Of a DNA stretch of 64,000 bases, positions 39,066 to 53,294 are shown in pieces. Origin of the DNA: Camelus dromedarius. Lineage: Eukaryota. The DNA lies in contig NC_087437.1 in the NCBI RefSeq assembly GCF_036321535.1, forward strand, positions 19,966,001 to 20,030,000. The letters are read 5' to 3'. Below the pieces are notes generated by a model. The model did no database searches, had not been told where the DNA came from, and saw only the letters and a list, made by a program, of their open reading frames with translations. Within the stretch, counting starts at the first letter, position 1; the number at the start of each line of letters is the position of its first letter. The translations under genes and the position numbers were made by a program.

Positions 39066-39335
39066 GCTAACTGACATTTCCTTCCACTCTATAGAGCTCA
39101 TCCAACCAAGGTTTGATATAAAGGGGCAAAAAGTCTCCTGCCATAAACAGTCTGATATCTTCTCCACCCTGCTAGTGGTTGTGATGTTCCTCCCAGACAC
39201 CCAGAATCCAAAGATTTCTTGCCCTCATGGAGATGTCTTGCATCCAGGTGGTTAGTAGAAAGTTCCTTCACCTTAAAACATATTTCCTCACCTTCCTCTC
39301 CCTTCTTTCAGAGGGTAATATTCGGTGCTCTAAAA

Positions 39336-39568
39336 TAGGGATGACAAACTATAGCCTGAGGCCAAATTTTGCTCACCATCTGTTTTTGTAAATAAAGTTT
39401 TATTGGAACTCAGCCACCCTCGTTTGTGGAGTGCTGTTTATGACTGCTTTCATGCCACAGTGGCACAGTTGAGTAGTCATGACAGAGACCATATGGCCTG
39501 CAAAGCCTAAAATATTTACTCCCTTGTCCTTTAACAAAAAAAAAATAAAAAAGGTTTGCTGATGTCTG
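39336..39568. mobile_element. hAT-Charlie MER58A-like MITE
   Basis: TGTTTTTGTAAATAAAGTTTTATTGGAACTCAGCCA...GACAGAGACCATATGGCCTGCAAAGCCTAAAATATTTACT. Flanks CTCTAAAA / CTTTAGAG fit an 8-bp hAT target site. Confidence 0.8.
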
Positions 39569-39829
39569 CTTTAGAGCTTATGTCTGCTTTAGAGCATCTG
39601 GGCCCATTCAGGTCTGTGCTGAGAATCAAATAAGCAAGGCATAACCCAAGAAAGGGTCATGGTCTTAAATCCAATTTCCATGGCTGAAAGGCATTCCTAA
39701 TACCTTCCCTGTGATAATGCTTTATGTTTTTCTAAGTACTTTCATATTCATTAAGGAAAAGATCTTCAAATAACAAGTGTTACTGCTCCCAGGTGAGGCC
39801 CATGCACTGCTCTGCAGCCCACACTTTGA

Positions 39830-40080
39830 GCTGTGAGGACACGGAGCACAGGTTCGGGAATCTCACTGCCCATGCTGACAGCTGGCTCACTGCTCAATAG
39901 TGTGACCTGGAGCAGGTAAGGTACTCAACCCTCTGGGCTTCAGTTTCCTCCTCTGTGAAATGTGCTCCATGAAAGCAACATCCAACTACCAAGGTTATAG
40001 TGGGGAGTAGATGGGACATGGAAAGCTCTTACCACAGTATTTGGTTTATTCAAAATGCTTAATAAATGTTAGCTGTTATG
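39830..40080 (+). mobile_element. MIR SINE
   Basis: CTCTGGGCTTCAGTTTCCTCCTCTGTGAAATG...CTTAATAAATGTTAGCTGTT. Confidence 0.75.
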
Positions 40081-41899
40081 ATCTTGTTCAGTTGTGTTCC
40101 CTGTAGCAAGAAATTCCAAGGAGATCTGGATTTGGGGGTTCCTTCTCCAAAGGTAGCCTACCTATCTAGGAACATCCAGATTCCTAAAACTTTCTTATTC
40201 CATGATAGCTTCTGTATATCTCAGCACCCATATGAGACATTCAAGGCTGGCACCCTTCATCCATTCTGTTGTCATCCACCTTGTGTCCTCATCTTTCTGC
40301 TCAATGATGTGAACCGGAGCAGGTATGCCCTGCACATTGCCCTGATCATTCTTGCACTTTTGCTTTAACATGATGTTCCCCTAAGCTCACATTCTCTCAT
40401 GCCTCCTCTCAGCCTGTTTCTCAAAGACCAGCCACTGTGCCACTTCCTGCAGGAAGCCACCTATGACTGTGGTCCCCACCCACAGTGCTGTCCCCTTTCC
40501 CAGAGCTCATGAGGCCGCAGGACAGACAATGGCACTGTAAAGGAGACTCGTCTCCTCAGCCTTCATTTATCTGTAAGACTTCTTCAACCTCTTCAACCCT
40601 CAATTTTGTCAACTACAAGATAAGAATAATATTTACCTTTCAAGGTTGTTGTGAGGATTAACCATAATTTAATAAATGCTTCTTGCACATAGTAGGTTCA
40701 AAATATATTCATTTTTTCCTCCATGCTGTTAACACATGGCTCTTTGCACATAACTGGGCACATGGGCTGATTAATGTTCATTGCCCCAGACAGCAGTGCT
40801 GCTCCCAGTGACTGGCCTCTGAGGGCCAGATGGGGGTCCTGACAGCCCCACATCAGCTCTTTCTGCCCTTTCCTTTTCCTGAAGACTTTCCAGATTAGCA
40901 TGTTACAACCTCCCGCACCAACCCCAAGAAGAAAGGTAGTGATAGAGGACCACCCAAGTGCTTCTGGGAGCAGAAATGGACCAGTCTGTTCGAAGAGACA
41001 TTTAAATGCATGTTTACTGAACACATTGGTAAGTGATAAATCAGGGCCTAAGATCTGTCCAGTGTCATGCAGTTCTGGGGACCCACCTGTTGGTCTGAGT
41101 GGCTTTAATTAATCTTGTAGTTTGCTGTGACTGACAGAGGGCTGGTCTTACCTTTCCACTGTGCTGTGGTAAGGAACCATTGTGTCTATCTTTTCTGTGC
41201 CAACAGGCTCCAGCGCTGTTTTGCCAGTGGAGCTGGGAGAGGCAGGGGCCCCAAAGGGAAGAATTAGAACATCTTTGGGGGTCCAAAGCCCCCTTCTAGT
41301 GAGTAGAACAATGACTTCCCAAACTGTAAGTGAGTGCGGTCCTTGCCTTCTCCAAGGCTTACACCCTGCTTTGAGTGAAATGATTAAAGAAGGTGAATAC
41401 ACTTTATTTACTGGAAGGAAGGGAATGAAAAAAAAAAATGCTTGGGAAAAACAAATTCTGAGAAAAACAATTTCTAGAGAAAAGCCACAGCTATGAAGAG
41501 GAGGTGGCAGTGAAGACCAACAGTGGGAATGAAGCTGGAAAACATCCAGGAGTTGCTCGTCGATCATGACTGTGGCAGGTGATGTCAAGAGGGCCCATGA
41601 GCTGCTGGCGTCCGGTGATGCCTCTGCCCGCAGCTCATCGTGTGCCCTTGGCCGAAGGTCATCCTCACTGTGCGCCTCAGGGATCAATTCTATAAATCAT
41701 TGATTTGGATTTGATGATTTCTAAGGGTCTCTCCACATACCTAAAATTCTGGGGTCGTTTGGGAAAGGAAGCGTACAACTGTTCTATTTTGTTTTAATTT
41801 ACCAAATATTTAAATAGTACCTATTTTGGCTAGTCTAAAGATTTAAAGATAAAAACATTGCCTCCTGTAAACCTTAACACAGCCTTGAACTAACTCCTT

Positions 41900-43160
41900 T
41901 TTTTTTTAAAACTTTACTTTAAAGTTGATGCTCAACCATCTTCTTATTACTATTGTTTCTGATGAGAAGTCTGCTGTCAAAGTTATCTTTGTTTCTATGT
42001 ATAATTTATCTTTTTTTTTTCTGACTAATTAAAATGTTTTACTTTTCCATACTGGTTTCAGCAAGATGTGCCTTATGTGTTTTCTTCATTTCTTCTGTTT
42101 GAGGTTCATTGAGCTTTTTGTGGGTTTATGCTTTTCATCAAATTTGTTAAGTTTACAACCGTTATTTCATCAAACATTTTTCATATCTCCTCTTCCATTT
42201 TTCTGGGATTAAAATTATATGTGTATATTAGGCTGCTTTATATTGCCCCATAGCACACTGATGCTCTGTTCATTTTCAATCTTTTTTCTCTCTTTTTTTC
42301 ATTTTGGATAGTTCCTGTTCTTGTGCCTTCAATTTTACTACTCTTGCTCCTACAGAGCTTAATCTAATGTTAATCCCATTCAGTATGTTTTAAACCTCAG
42401 ATAGTATTTTTAATTTATCTCTAGAAGATCTATTATAGGTAGGAAAATAGCTGTAATAGTATACCTCTGTCTATCTATCTATCTATCCATCTAATTTTCC
42501 TTATCTGCCAATGCTTTCTTTTCTTTCACTTGTTAAACATATGAAATATATTTGTAACAGTTGTTTTAACATCCTTGACTACTAGTTTTATCATCTGCGC
42601 CACTTCTGAGTCTGTTTTTATCAACTAGTTATAATCCTTATGTATTTTTCTGATTTTGGATGCCTGGCAAATGTTATTGGATACTGGACCTTGTGAATTT
42701 TATGGTGTCGAGTTGTGGGATTTTTTTTTATACCTTTAAGTATTTTGGGACTTCATTCTGGAATGCAGTTAAATTACTTGGAATCAGTCTTAGCTTTTTA
42801 AACCTTGCTTTTAAGCATCATTAGGTGGGATCAGATCAGCTGTCAGTCTAGGGGTAATTTGTCCTCACTCCTGAGGCGTTCTTCCGTGCCTCATGCGTTA
42901 CAAGGTTTTTCCTCACTGAGTGGTGGGAACACAGACTATTCCTAGCACTGTGTGAGCTCCAGGGATTGTTCTGCCTGCCTTGTTTCAGCAGTTCTTTCCC
43001 CAGCCTTGGTAGTTTTCTCATATTTTTCTTCTCTCGGAGATCACTGGGCTGTGCCTCCTGTTGTACAATATCTGAAAGCCATTATTTTCTACATTCTCCC
43101 AGCGTCCTGGTTTTTAAAAGCAGTAGGTTCCTATTTTTCCATCCTGGTGGGGAGTGGAAG
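41900..43160 (-). mobile_element. Ancient L1 5'/ORF1-region remnant
   Basis: TTGTTTCTGATGAGAAGTCTGCTGTCA and GGTTCATTGAGCTT are typical antisense ORF1 motifs of old L1M. It ends ...CCATCCTGGTGGGGAGTGGAAGTC. Confidence 0.65.
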
Positions 43161-44679
43161 TCCTATTAGATATTATTTTTATCCTTGTTTCATAGATGGT
43201 GAAACTGAGACACCAAGAGGTTGAGGAATTTGCCCAAGCTCTCATGGTTAACAATTGGAGGAGCCAGAAACTTGAAGTTGTGTTCTTGAATTCTAAGTTC
43301 TACTGTCTTAAATGTCTATCTGTCAATCAAGTCAAAATCCTTACAAATGATAATTTGGGATTTCCCAATTACAGAAGAAGGAAATCAACGTGTGTTTTTA
43401 CACAAATCCATCCAGCATTCAAAGGAACAGGCCCATTCTTGTGCATGTGGTTAGAGCTAAGCATGGGTGCTTCTCCAAGCATCAGTCCCAACGCTGTGTT
43501 TGCATCCTGTCTCAGATCTGAGGACTGAAGACATTTCTCTTGACCCTTTGCGGCAACAGGATAGATTGCCAGAGCCTCCATTTGTGACAGGTTCTTGTAC
43601 TGAAGAGAAATATAATCTGACTTTTCCCTGCTATCTGGAAAAATTCCTGTTTTCAGAGCACAAACCATTTACCCAATCAGAGTAAAGGGATTATAGTTCA
43701 CTCTCTATGCTGAATTATGCATGGTTTTCAGCTAGGTAGATTTCTCTGTGGTCTATTTTAAGCATATTTTCTGCACAGAGTGTAAACAAAAAATCCATAC
43801 AGTCCAGAAGCAACTACTTTTGATATATTTTACTTTTACTAGGAAAAAGAAATAAGCAGTCTGAACCTCATCCATTTTTCTCGCATCATATTTTGTAATT
43901 GGTAATAAGAGATTTCTCTTCATTTTCAGAAGTGGAACTTTCCCTTTTTGTTCCAAGACATTAAAAGGAAAAAAAAATTTGGCCCAAGTTTTAAAACAGC
44001 TATTGCAGCATACTCATTATGACATCTTTTTTAGAATTAGGCTGACTAATCCTGCTCAATACATGAGAAGTGTTTGCTATTAAGTGCTGTGCCTTCTCAG
44101 AACACCATGTCAAAACCATTTTCATCTGAGTTAGGGGTGATTAAAAAATGTCAGCTTTAAAAGGGCTATTTCAAGAATGCCTGAGAGCCTTGGGTTTAGC
44201 TACAAAGAAATTTGTGATGCATTGAAATAATAGAATGACTAAGGCAAGAAGGGACTTGAATTCCAGAGTTTTAACTTAGCATTCATGCTGTAAAGTACAA
44301 TGTATGTGGATCGCAAAGGGAAGTCAGATCACCCAACTGAACTGAAAGCGTTCATTTGGGGGGAGAAATCACATGACACATGGAAAAACATGTCTGTACA
44401 TTTCTTAAATGTACTCTGCCCCTCATCATCTATCTGAGCAATCTTTGCCACATCAGGGTTGCAGGAAGGCCTTAATAATTTGTTTTTGCCACCAGTCTCC
44501 CCAAATACTGGCTGTAAGGATGAGGCAGGGTGGCTGGTGGCATGAAAACCAAAATGAGATAATGTCACGATTTTAATTCAATTCAGACCTACAACTCAAT
44601 TTTCCTTTAAGGTTGCAGAATAGACGCATGCACATATGAATACACACACAACACGTACGTGAGCTGTATTTATTGGGCT

Positions 44680-45280
44680 GTGTTTATTGATGCCAAGATG
44701 CCATCAAATGTAAGATGCACCATCATTTGTACCACTAAGAAAGGAAAAGCACTGCCAGCTAAATTATGACACGTGTTTTCTTAACACTTAGGAAAAAAAG
44801 TCTTATTTTATACTTAATAACATACTTTTTTAAGACAAGCAGAAGACTGTCATCACTCCCACGCATATTACAAGGTGATAACATAGCATAGATAGAACTG
44901 AATGGTTGAAGTGTCTTCAAATTATCTTCATATTTACAGGCTGAATTTTCTAATCACCTGTGATTCAGGGTTGTCCAGTCCCCAGGTTTTCCATGCAATA
45001 TTATCCTGTGTGCTGTTAGACCATTGCTAATGCAGCATTTTTAAAAAGTGCTCCATTACTGTGTCCAGGACTTTCTCCAAGTGCTAAAAGCCATTCTGCA
45101 AATTTTGATGTGTCCACACTGGCAATGACAACTACATCATGGCTCCAGCCTGGCCAGAAACTGAGAGATGCCTTTGATTCATTGATTATAATCAATGATA
45201 TCAATGTAATTACAATTCATTATAGTCCTGGTTTCAATGATGGTGAAATATGGAAAAATATTCTTAGAAGAGATGAAATT
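44680..45280. mobile_element. TcMar-Tc2 (Kanga-like) DNA transposon remnant
   Basis: AAGATGCCATCAAATGTAAGATGCACCATCATT...ACCACTAAGAAAG at the left end and TCTTAGAAGAGATGAAAT at the right end. Family name from memory. Confidence 0.55.
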
Positions 45281-48200
45281 ATATATGTATTATATATGTG
45301 TATACACACACACACACACACATATAAACATTTATAAAAGAAAAATATTTCCTATCTTGTAGAATCTCACTCCACAGAATAGGATACATCTTTACCTTTT
45401 CCAGGCACAGATATTCCGTCTGTGCACTTACCTCTGGACTTCGCATTTCTCCAATCCCTGGCCTCAGCCTGACTATAGAGCTCCACCTTAATCGTACCAG
45501 GATGTCCTGCTCTTTTTATGGTAGCACCTACAGAGCAAATTATCATGAACAAAGAAAATAAGCACTGGAGACTGTGTGACATTGTGGGAAAAGGACAAGA
45601 TTTAGAAACAAAAAGATAAGACTTGAGCCCCACTGAGCTATAATATTTATGAGAACTTGCCTAAGTTACATGCCCTCCCTGAGCTTCATTTCCTCAGCTA
45701 AAAATGACAGTGCAGTAATACGAACGTGACAAGTTTGTTGAAAGGGCAGATAACATTTATACAGATGTCAAATAATACACACATGAGTCTCACTTATACT
45801 GCCAGTGTGCTGACACACGTCCAGCAGGCCAGGAGGTGGGGCCTTTGCTCGTGGTCAATGATCCTTAACTTGGCTCTTAGCAAAGCAGCCGAATAGAGAG
45901 CTAGAGAGCCAGCTTAGTGACTGAAGCAACAAAGACTGACCGTGGGGTAAGGGGAGTTCTGAAGCTGGGGTAAAAGAGGAAGCCAAAGTTGTATGTGGCA
46001 TTACTAGGTTCCCTACCTCTATGCTCACCCTCTCCATCAAAGAAGCTTCCTCTTCCTGCATGACTTGTTGACCATCATCTAGGAGGCTCAGAGTAGGGGA
46101 AGTGGTATTCATCCCCCCTCGTGAGGTTCTAATGTACTGACATCCTAGGAGATGAGGAATTGTAACTGCTGACAATGTAACAGAACATGAGAAATGATAA
46201 TGCATGACACCAGCTGTAGAAATTATGATTTGTAAGTTATCATTCTAAGTGTTCTGCCTCTCCATATTTTTAGCAAGATAGTTTTTTTAAAAGGGAATAT
46301 TAAGAGTACTCTCTCATGGTGTGACTTATATCCATTTTGTCAAATTGTGCCTGTCCATCCCTGTCGCCTACGGTTAGGGTAGTAAATAGGTTTTATATCT
46401 CCTGCCATCTCCAAGCAATGGGGAGTGACCACTGGGAATGCTCTACTGTGAAATATTCTCAGACCTTGTCCATGTTCAGCAAGTAAGTGTTCTGTGAGGA
46501 CTTAAATTCTAGTATCTGCCATGGATGCAGGAGAGGAGAATGGATCTATGCATCCACTGACTCTGGCCTGTAGTCCAGGCCACTCATTCAGATCTGTTCC
46601 TTAGAATAAACATTTAGGGATGGACTGAGGAGGGAGCTGATCCTGCACATAGTTCCTATCTTGATATTAACGTCCTATAACTGTTCTTAGGCATCTTGCC
46701 CTAATCCTACTGTCCTAGACTCTTCTGGCACAAGTCATTAGACTGTGCATGCATTCAGTCTGTCGTTCACTTGCTTAGCAGATTTTGATTGGGTGCTTAT
46801 TGTGGTCAGGAACTGTGCTGGGATCTGGGGATATATCAGTGAACAAGACAGATGGAGTCCTGCTATCAGAAAGGAGGACAGGCCTTCAGCAAGCAGTGTG
46901 ACACTTAACACAGCTCCCTTATGTGCTACAGAAGAGAGGACCTGTATAGTATATTATGAATACATAAAAATGGGGGAACTTGGCCTGTTCCAGGAATCGG
47001 TGAAAGTTTCCTTGAGAAAAATGTTGTCATTTTAAGATGCATCTTTAATAGTTTCCAGGAAAACCTGTCTATGGACACATGAGCAGAAATATTAGGAATA
47101 TTTGAAATACAATCTTGGAAAAGGTGACCATGAGTCCACCGTGGGCCAAATTCTGAGTTTCTGAGAAGTACTACTCTCAGTATTTCTTAAATCTAGTTTA
47201 CATTTTGGAAGCCTGGCATGCCGTATTCCAAATGTCCATTCTCTGTACTCTGGCCTCCCAGAAACCAGGGAAGTGAACTTTTCTCTACATGAGACAGAGA
47301 CTCATTCTCCTCCACGGTGTCTTCCCACTTGGCTGGAAACTACAGGGTTTTTATGGACCTGGAGGGGTTTTGACACTCAGCCATCACCATCCCACAGGGA
47401 AACTTACAAGCCGCGAGAGCTCACGGGGCTCTGGGCTTTATGAGAGGACACGACTCCCACTCCCCAGGCTGCCATGACTGGCATTCACAGAGGCGCTGGG
47501 GCCTGACGGAGTCTTCACTGCCCAGCAGCCTGTGGAGGAGAAGTGCTTGTTCCCCAGGCGATTCCCTCCCGGAGGAAGATTGCATCACTACCATCCCTCC
47601 TGCATGAAGCGTCGGAACTGACCCATGTCTCCCCATCCTGGACTCACGCAGGAGTACACATACACTGCCAGGGTTATCTGTATTTTTTGTGTTTTTGTTT
47701 TTTATCAACATCCCCTTCTTTCTCTTCTCCCTGACTCGTTGTTTAGCTCTGATTCATCTAGAACCCTTGCCAAGCCTCTGCAGCTCATTGTGCTTTCTTC
47801 CTTCCTTGATCCTCAGAAGCACATGCTTGCTGACTGCTTCAGTTCCATTTTCTAAACCACGCTCTGGAGGCAGAGGACTTGTCGGGTCCCAGCCCATCTC
47901 CATCATGTTAGAGAGCAGCACAGGGCTAGCGACATGGGCGGCAGATGCAACAAAGTCCCCAAGGCTGGACCGGAACAGCAGTGTGCCTTGTCTTCCCTTC
48001 CAAACTCAGGGTGGGATTGCTCAGTCTCCAGAGGCGCATGGTGGTACTCCATATTTTGACCCAGACTTTAGAAGGAAGACCATCAATGGGTGAACTATCA
48101 GCTAGTGCAGTGCTTCCCACAAGCAGGTCGTGAAGATGTCCTCAAGCATCCTGGGTAAGGATGCTCTCATCTGTCTGCAATTAAAGGATGGAGGGAGGTT

Positions 48201-48484
48201 TTGGTGAACACAGGGTGGAGAAGACAGAGGACATGTGGCACATGTACATATGTGTGCTGACTGCAAAGTAGTGCATCCTGTGTGGATAACCTGTTTGTTC
48301 CCCATTTGCTTGTCAGTACAGATTAAAAGTCCCCCATTTGGGCTGTGTGTGGCTGAGACACACAGGTAATGATCTCCACTGTATACGTGCAAGGCCTCCA
48401 TGGGTTCCATGGTCTTAGCCTTTACAGAGAGTGCTTAGAACTAGGACTGTAGACTCTGGGAGAGGAAAGGGAGCTTAAAGTCTT

Positions 48485-48640
48485 GCTTCTCAATGAGTGG
48501 TCCACAGACCAGCAGCAACAGCATCACCCGGGAGTTTATGGATGTGCAGAATCTCAGGTCCCCAGATGTACTGAGTCAGTCTACATCTTAAGATAACATC
48601 CAAGTGATTCATAAGCACGTCAGTGTTTGAGAGGCACATG
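48485..48640. mobile_element. hAT-Charlie MER5-like
   Basis: TTCTCAATGAGTGGTCCACAGACCAGCAGCAACAGCATCACCCGGGAG...GCAGAATCTCAGG...TTTGAGAGGCAC. Confidence 0.8.
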
Positions 48641-49576
48641 CTTAAAGCTGATCTCCTTGCCTGACAGGCGAGAAAGCAGATTCAGAGCAAGTCTCCTTTG
48701 CCAGCATGTTTCGGAGCTGGGACCACACCCAGCCCTGCTAAAACTCAGAGCACACCTGGGCCCTCCTTGGTGCAGCCCAGGCCTAGGCCCACGTCTCTCC
48801 TACCCACCCTGCAGCCTCTCTCTCCTATAAGGTGCCAGATCTGTCTGTCAAAATGCTGGGGCTCCCAAGAGGGGAGAGGCAAGTGGTCTGTGTTGCCCGT
48901 CAGGGAGAAGCATGAGCGTCTGAACTCGGCTGTGGCCCAGAGCAGCAGAGTCCTCAGGGAGGAATTATATAGCCACACACCTGACTTCCCAGCACTGCCG
49001 ACACCTGGGGGTGGCCCTGTGGGAGCACATGCCTGACGGATGTGGCAGGGGATGAAATGGCTGCAGAGTGGGGCTGCCCAACAGGGGCTGGGTTTTGTGC
49101 TCACATCACAGCCGTACAGGACTCTTTATCGTAGGCGACCCCACCCCACACTGCCAGGAAGGGCCATCTCTCCTTTCTTTCCTTTATTCTACATCTAACT
49201 AGTGGGCTACGCTTTGTGGGCAGGGTCCCTGCCTTAGGCGTCACACACATACACACTCACATAAACATACACACAGTCACACAGACTTTCTCACACACGC
49301 ATACACATACTCACAGCACCAGGCACAGGCTTCACACTCGGTCCAGTGTCTGGCTGTCTCTGTAGCCCTGGCCCCTAAGCACGTGCCTGGCACACGTAGC
49401 TGCTTAATGCAATTTTATTGATGCAAATTTAACTGCAGCAAGAAAATAAAGGAAGGCCTTCCCCCAGGACCAAGGCCTCACTTATCTGAAGGAGAAGCTG
49501 GTTCTATTCAACTCCTCCTTCCCAAACAGATTTTCTTTTTTATTTGCGTTTGTATTTCATTAGGCATTTTTGTAAC

Positions 49577-50381
49577 TTTTTAATGAGGTGTAGTAGATTT
49601 ATAATATTTCAGGTGCACAGAAAAGTGACTCAGTTATACATACATCTATTCTTTTTCAGATTCTTTTCTATTATAGCTTATTACAAGATATTGAATTTGG
49701 TTCTCTGTGCTATACAGTAGGTCCCTGTTGTTTATCTATTTTATACGTAGTAGTATGTATCTGTTAATCCAAAATTCCTAGTTTATCACCCTGCCCCTTT
49801 ATCCTTGGGTAACCATGTTTGTTTTCTGTGTCTGTGAGTCTGTCTCTGATTTGTAAGTAAACTCATTTGTATCATTTTTTTAGGCTCCACCTATAAGTGA
49901 TAGCATATATTTGTCTTTCTCTGTCTGACCTACTTCACTTAGTATGATAATCTCTAGATCCATTCATGTTGCTGCAGTTGGCATTATTTCATTCTTTTTA
50001 TGGCTGAGTAATATTCCATTATATATGTCACATCTTCTTTATCCAGTCATCTGTCAATGGACACTTAGGTTGCTGCCATGTCTTGGCTGTTGTAAATAGT
50101 GCTGGTGTGAACATTGGGGGTCCATGTATCTTTTCAAATTAGAGTTTTTGTCTTTTCTGGATCCAGGATTGGTGTTGCTGGATCATGCGGTAACTCTATT
50201 TTTAGTTTTTCAAGTACCTCCATACTGTCCTCCATAGAGACTCCACAAATTTACGTTACCACCAACAGTGTAGGGAAATTCTCTTTTCTCTGCACCCTCT
50301 CCAGCATTTATTTCTTGTAGACTTTTTGATGATGGGCATTCTGACCAGTGTGAGGTGATACCTCATGGTAGTTTTGATTTG
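49577..50381 (-). mobile_element. 5'-truncated L1 (ORF2 C-terminus + 3'UTR)
   Basis: Collinear with 23970-24690 and 33050-33565, e.g. CAGTGTGAGGTGATACCTCATGGTAGTTTTGATTTG. Confidence 0.9.
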
Positions 50382-50878
50382 ATATAAATTGTGATTTGTT
50401 CTCCTTGCTCCTACAGAATGTTTATTTTCTCTTGTATTTTAAATAGTTCTGTGGCCCAATAAATTCTGAAATGTCAGGGTTTTAAAAATGCAATGGTGTG
50501 TCTTGCTGCAGGACTTTTGAGACCTGGGCTGTGCTGACATCCGGCGCGGTGCCCCAGGAAGCAGGGCTGTGAGAATTCCCACACTGACTTCACCATGGAT
50601 CCCCTTCCTCACAGAGCATCTTGGGTTTTCAGAACACACTTTGGGAAGCTCCGATCTAGTTGTCCTACTATGCGTGTCATTTGTCTCCTAACCTGACAAC
50701 CACACGTTAAAGGCTGGCAAAATGTTTTGTACTTGGCTTTTAGTCCTCAAGGCTGAGGACATAGTGAGTATTTAGAGAATGTCTGTTGAATGAATAAATT
50801 ACTGGATTTAAGTATGCCTGTGAGACAGTCAAATACATGTAAGTTCCAGGGTAAAATATATCCCATCAATTTAGTTCT

Positions 50879-51145
50879 TTTTTTTTAATTGAAGTATAGT
50901 TGACTTACAATGTTGTGTTAGTTTCTGGTGTACAGAATAGTGATTCATATATATGTATATATCCCTTTTCATATTCTTTTTCATTATAGGTTATTACAGG
51001 CTACTGAATATAGTTCCCTGTGCTGTACAGTAGGACCTTGTTGTTTATCTATTCTGTTTATAGTAGTCTGTATCTGCTAATCCCAAACTCCTAATTTATC
51101 CCTCCCCCCTTTTCCCTTTAGTAACCATAAATTCGTTTTCTGTGT
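50879..51145 (-). mobile_element. 5'-truncated L1 3'UTR
   Basis: Perfect 16-bp TSD CCATCAATTTAGTTCT at 50863-50878 and 51146-51161, at an endonuclease-type site TTCT/AA. Confidence 0.92.
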
Positions 51146-52584
51146 CCATCAATTTAGTTCTAATCGAAAGCAGTAAAACATATAGGTAATCACTTCTGTG
51201 CCAGGCACTGTGCTAGGCGGGGTGAATACAGACATGCAGGAAACTCAGCTACCTCCTCTAGAAGCTCAAAGGCTTGAAGGAGAGACAGGTATTTAAATAA
51301 AGAAGTAGCCCATCTGTGGATACGTGGAATGAACAATGGATATAGGAGGGTTGAAGGTCACAAAGGAAGAGGAATGTTGAATTCTTTACCAGTGTGATGG
51401 GTTTTGGAAGGATAACAGTGAGGTCACCAGGTTGACAAGGAGAGGGGAGGGCAGTGCAGGGAGAGGGTCCAGTATACCGGACTGGTCGAGGGCTTCCAAA
51501 CCTTGGGGGAAACACAATGCCATGCACCAGAGACAAGTAACTTCCAAAAAGGGAAATGTAACGACTGACAGCAGTTGGAGTTGAAGATGTCCTTGGTTAG
51601 AATATATATTTCGATCCTTCTCCAGAGGCTGTGCAGCTCTGCAGGGACATGGTCTCCCTCTGATTCAGGAAGTGCCACACTTCCTGACTTCAGGGATCAT
51701 TGATGGCTTTGAACAGTGGCCTCACCCTTTGTGAACTCCCACTTAATTGCCGTTCTCCTGGAACTGAGGGAGGTTGCTGTAGAGCGAGGGTCCTGCTCCA
51801 ATGCACAGCTGATGGCACCTCCTGAGGGCATGTGTATCTGCCATATTCTTATTTACTTAAAGTCTTCTTATTATGCAGTACAGATATGTGTAGCTATTTT
51901 TTTTAAGTTTGCAATCAATAAACTGTGAATCTGTGACTGTAAATAAGACAACTTGTAAAAATGCGTTTACGTTGATATTTCCAACTTAAAATTTATTTTG
52001 CTTTAACTTTAGTTTATTTATGAGCCAGGAATGACACTGATGGAGAATCTGTTTCCACACTAATAACACTGAAATAGATTTAGATGCATATCAGACGGAA
52101 GCTGAGTATCATTTTTAATTATGATTAAGGTGACGTTTTATTATTTTCCCCAGGAGAGTCATGAATTTTGACTCTGCATGAAATGTTAATTGAATGCACC
52201 TCCTGCCCCTTCAATCAGAGGATCTTCCTGGTAAATAATTGTGGTTCTGAGTGGGCAGTTGCTCCTGGGGGAACTTTTGCTGCCATGTGTTCAAAGCATC
52301 ATTCCAGATGCCCTACCTGCCCATCCCTACCTGTCTGAGCCAGGAGAAGGAATCAGACTCATGTTAATTGAAACCCAGCCATACCACCAGGTAGCTGTGC
52401 ACACCTTGATGGTGTATTTCATCTCTCTAAGCCTGGGTTTCCTCAGCTGAACACTGGGCATGATACCCACCTCAGAGAAGGAGGATTCCATGAAACATGT
52501 TGTAAAATGCATTGCAAGATGCCGAGCACACAGTAAGTGCACTTAGCACTGCTGTTGGTGGTATTTTTGTGATGATAATGATGA

Positions 52585-52636
<52 letters not shown>
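52585..52636. repeat. (TAT)n microsatellite at the tail of a MIR (about 52370-52560)
   Basis: About 17 perfect TAT units. Confidence 0.95.
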
Positions 52637-53294
52637 GTTTTATTGAAATCTCAATAAAAATGGGGACTCTCAAACTGATAAATCAGTCCAAGGAGGAGCT
52701 AGGTGGAGAATGACAGGTGCACCTCTGGGCAGATAGGCTGGCAAATCTGGAGGAATTCTAGGAGGCGGTGTTGGGCTCCTTAGCAGCTCTCCAGGGGAGC
52801 TGCTTAGGTCCTGGGGGATATATACTTGTCTCTGAGAGGCAGCAAACAAAGTAAAAATGGCATGGGCTGTAAATTCAGGTAGGATCCAGATGGGATCCAA
52901 TCCTGGGGTTATTAAAATGGGAATAATAATGCTATTTTTCAGTTATTGTGAGGACTATGCATACTGATGGATGAAAAAACCATCAAGATTCTTGGTGCCA
53001 AATACCTGGGGACCATAGTCATGCACTGATAGCAGAAAGCATAAGGTGGGGAACACATCCACCGTGGTGGGCTTATGAAGATTCCTCTTCTAATCAGGGA
53101 TAAATGCTACTGAGATTCTGGTTGGTTTTCAGAAAAGTGAGCTAAAGGTCATGAAAGGTCCTTGACCTACACCTTGGAGCCATGACTTGGCTGTCTGTGA
53201 TTTCTGTTCCATGAGAGTCCACTCTTAACCCCACCATCTCCTTCGTGGCCATGTTGAGAACCCAGCCACTCAGCAGTTAGGACCGAACTCTTAG

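Noticed and set aside
41148..41687. 179-aa ORF (likewise 54144-54674 and 8011-8472)
   Set aside because: Non-ATG or weak starts, no recognisable homology, and partly overlapping repeats. ORFs of this size are expected by chance in 64 kb.
46400..46490. Exon ending at a strong donor CAA|GTAAGT
   Set aside because: No matching acceptor or reading frame that I can support. Isolated donor consensus matches are common without RNA evidence.
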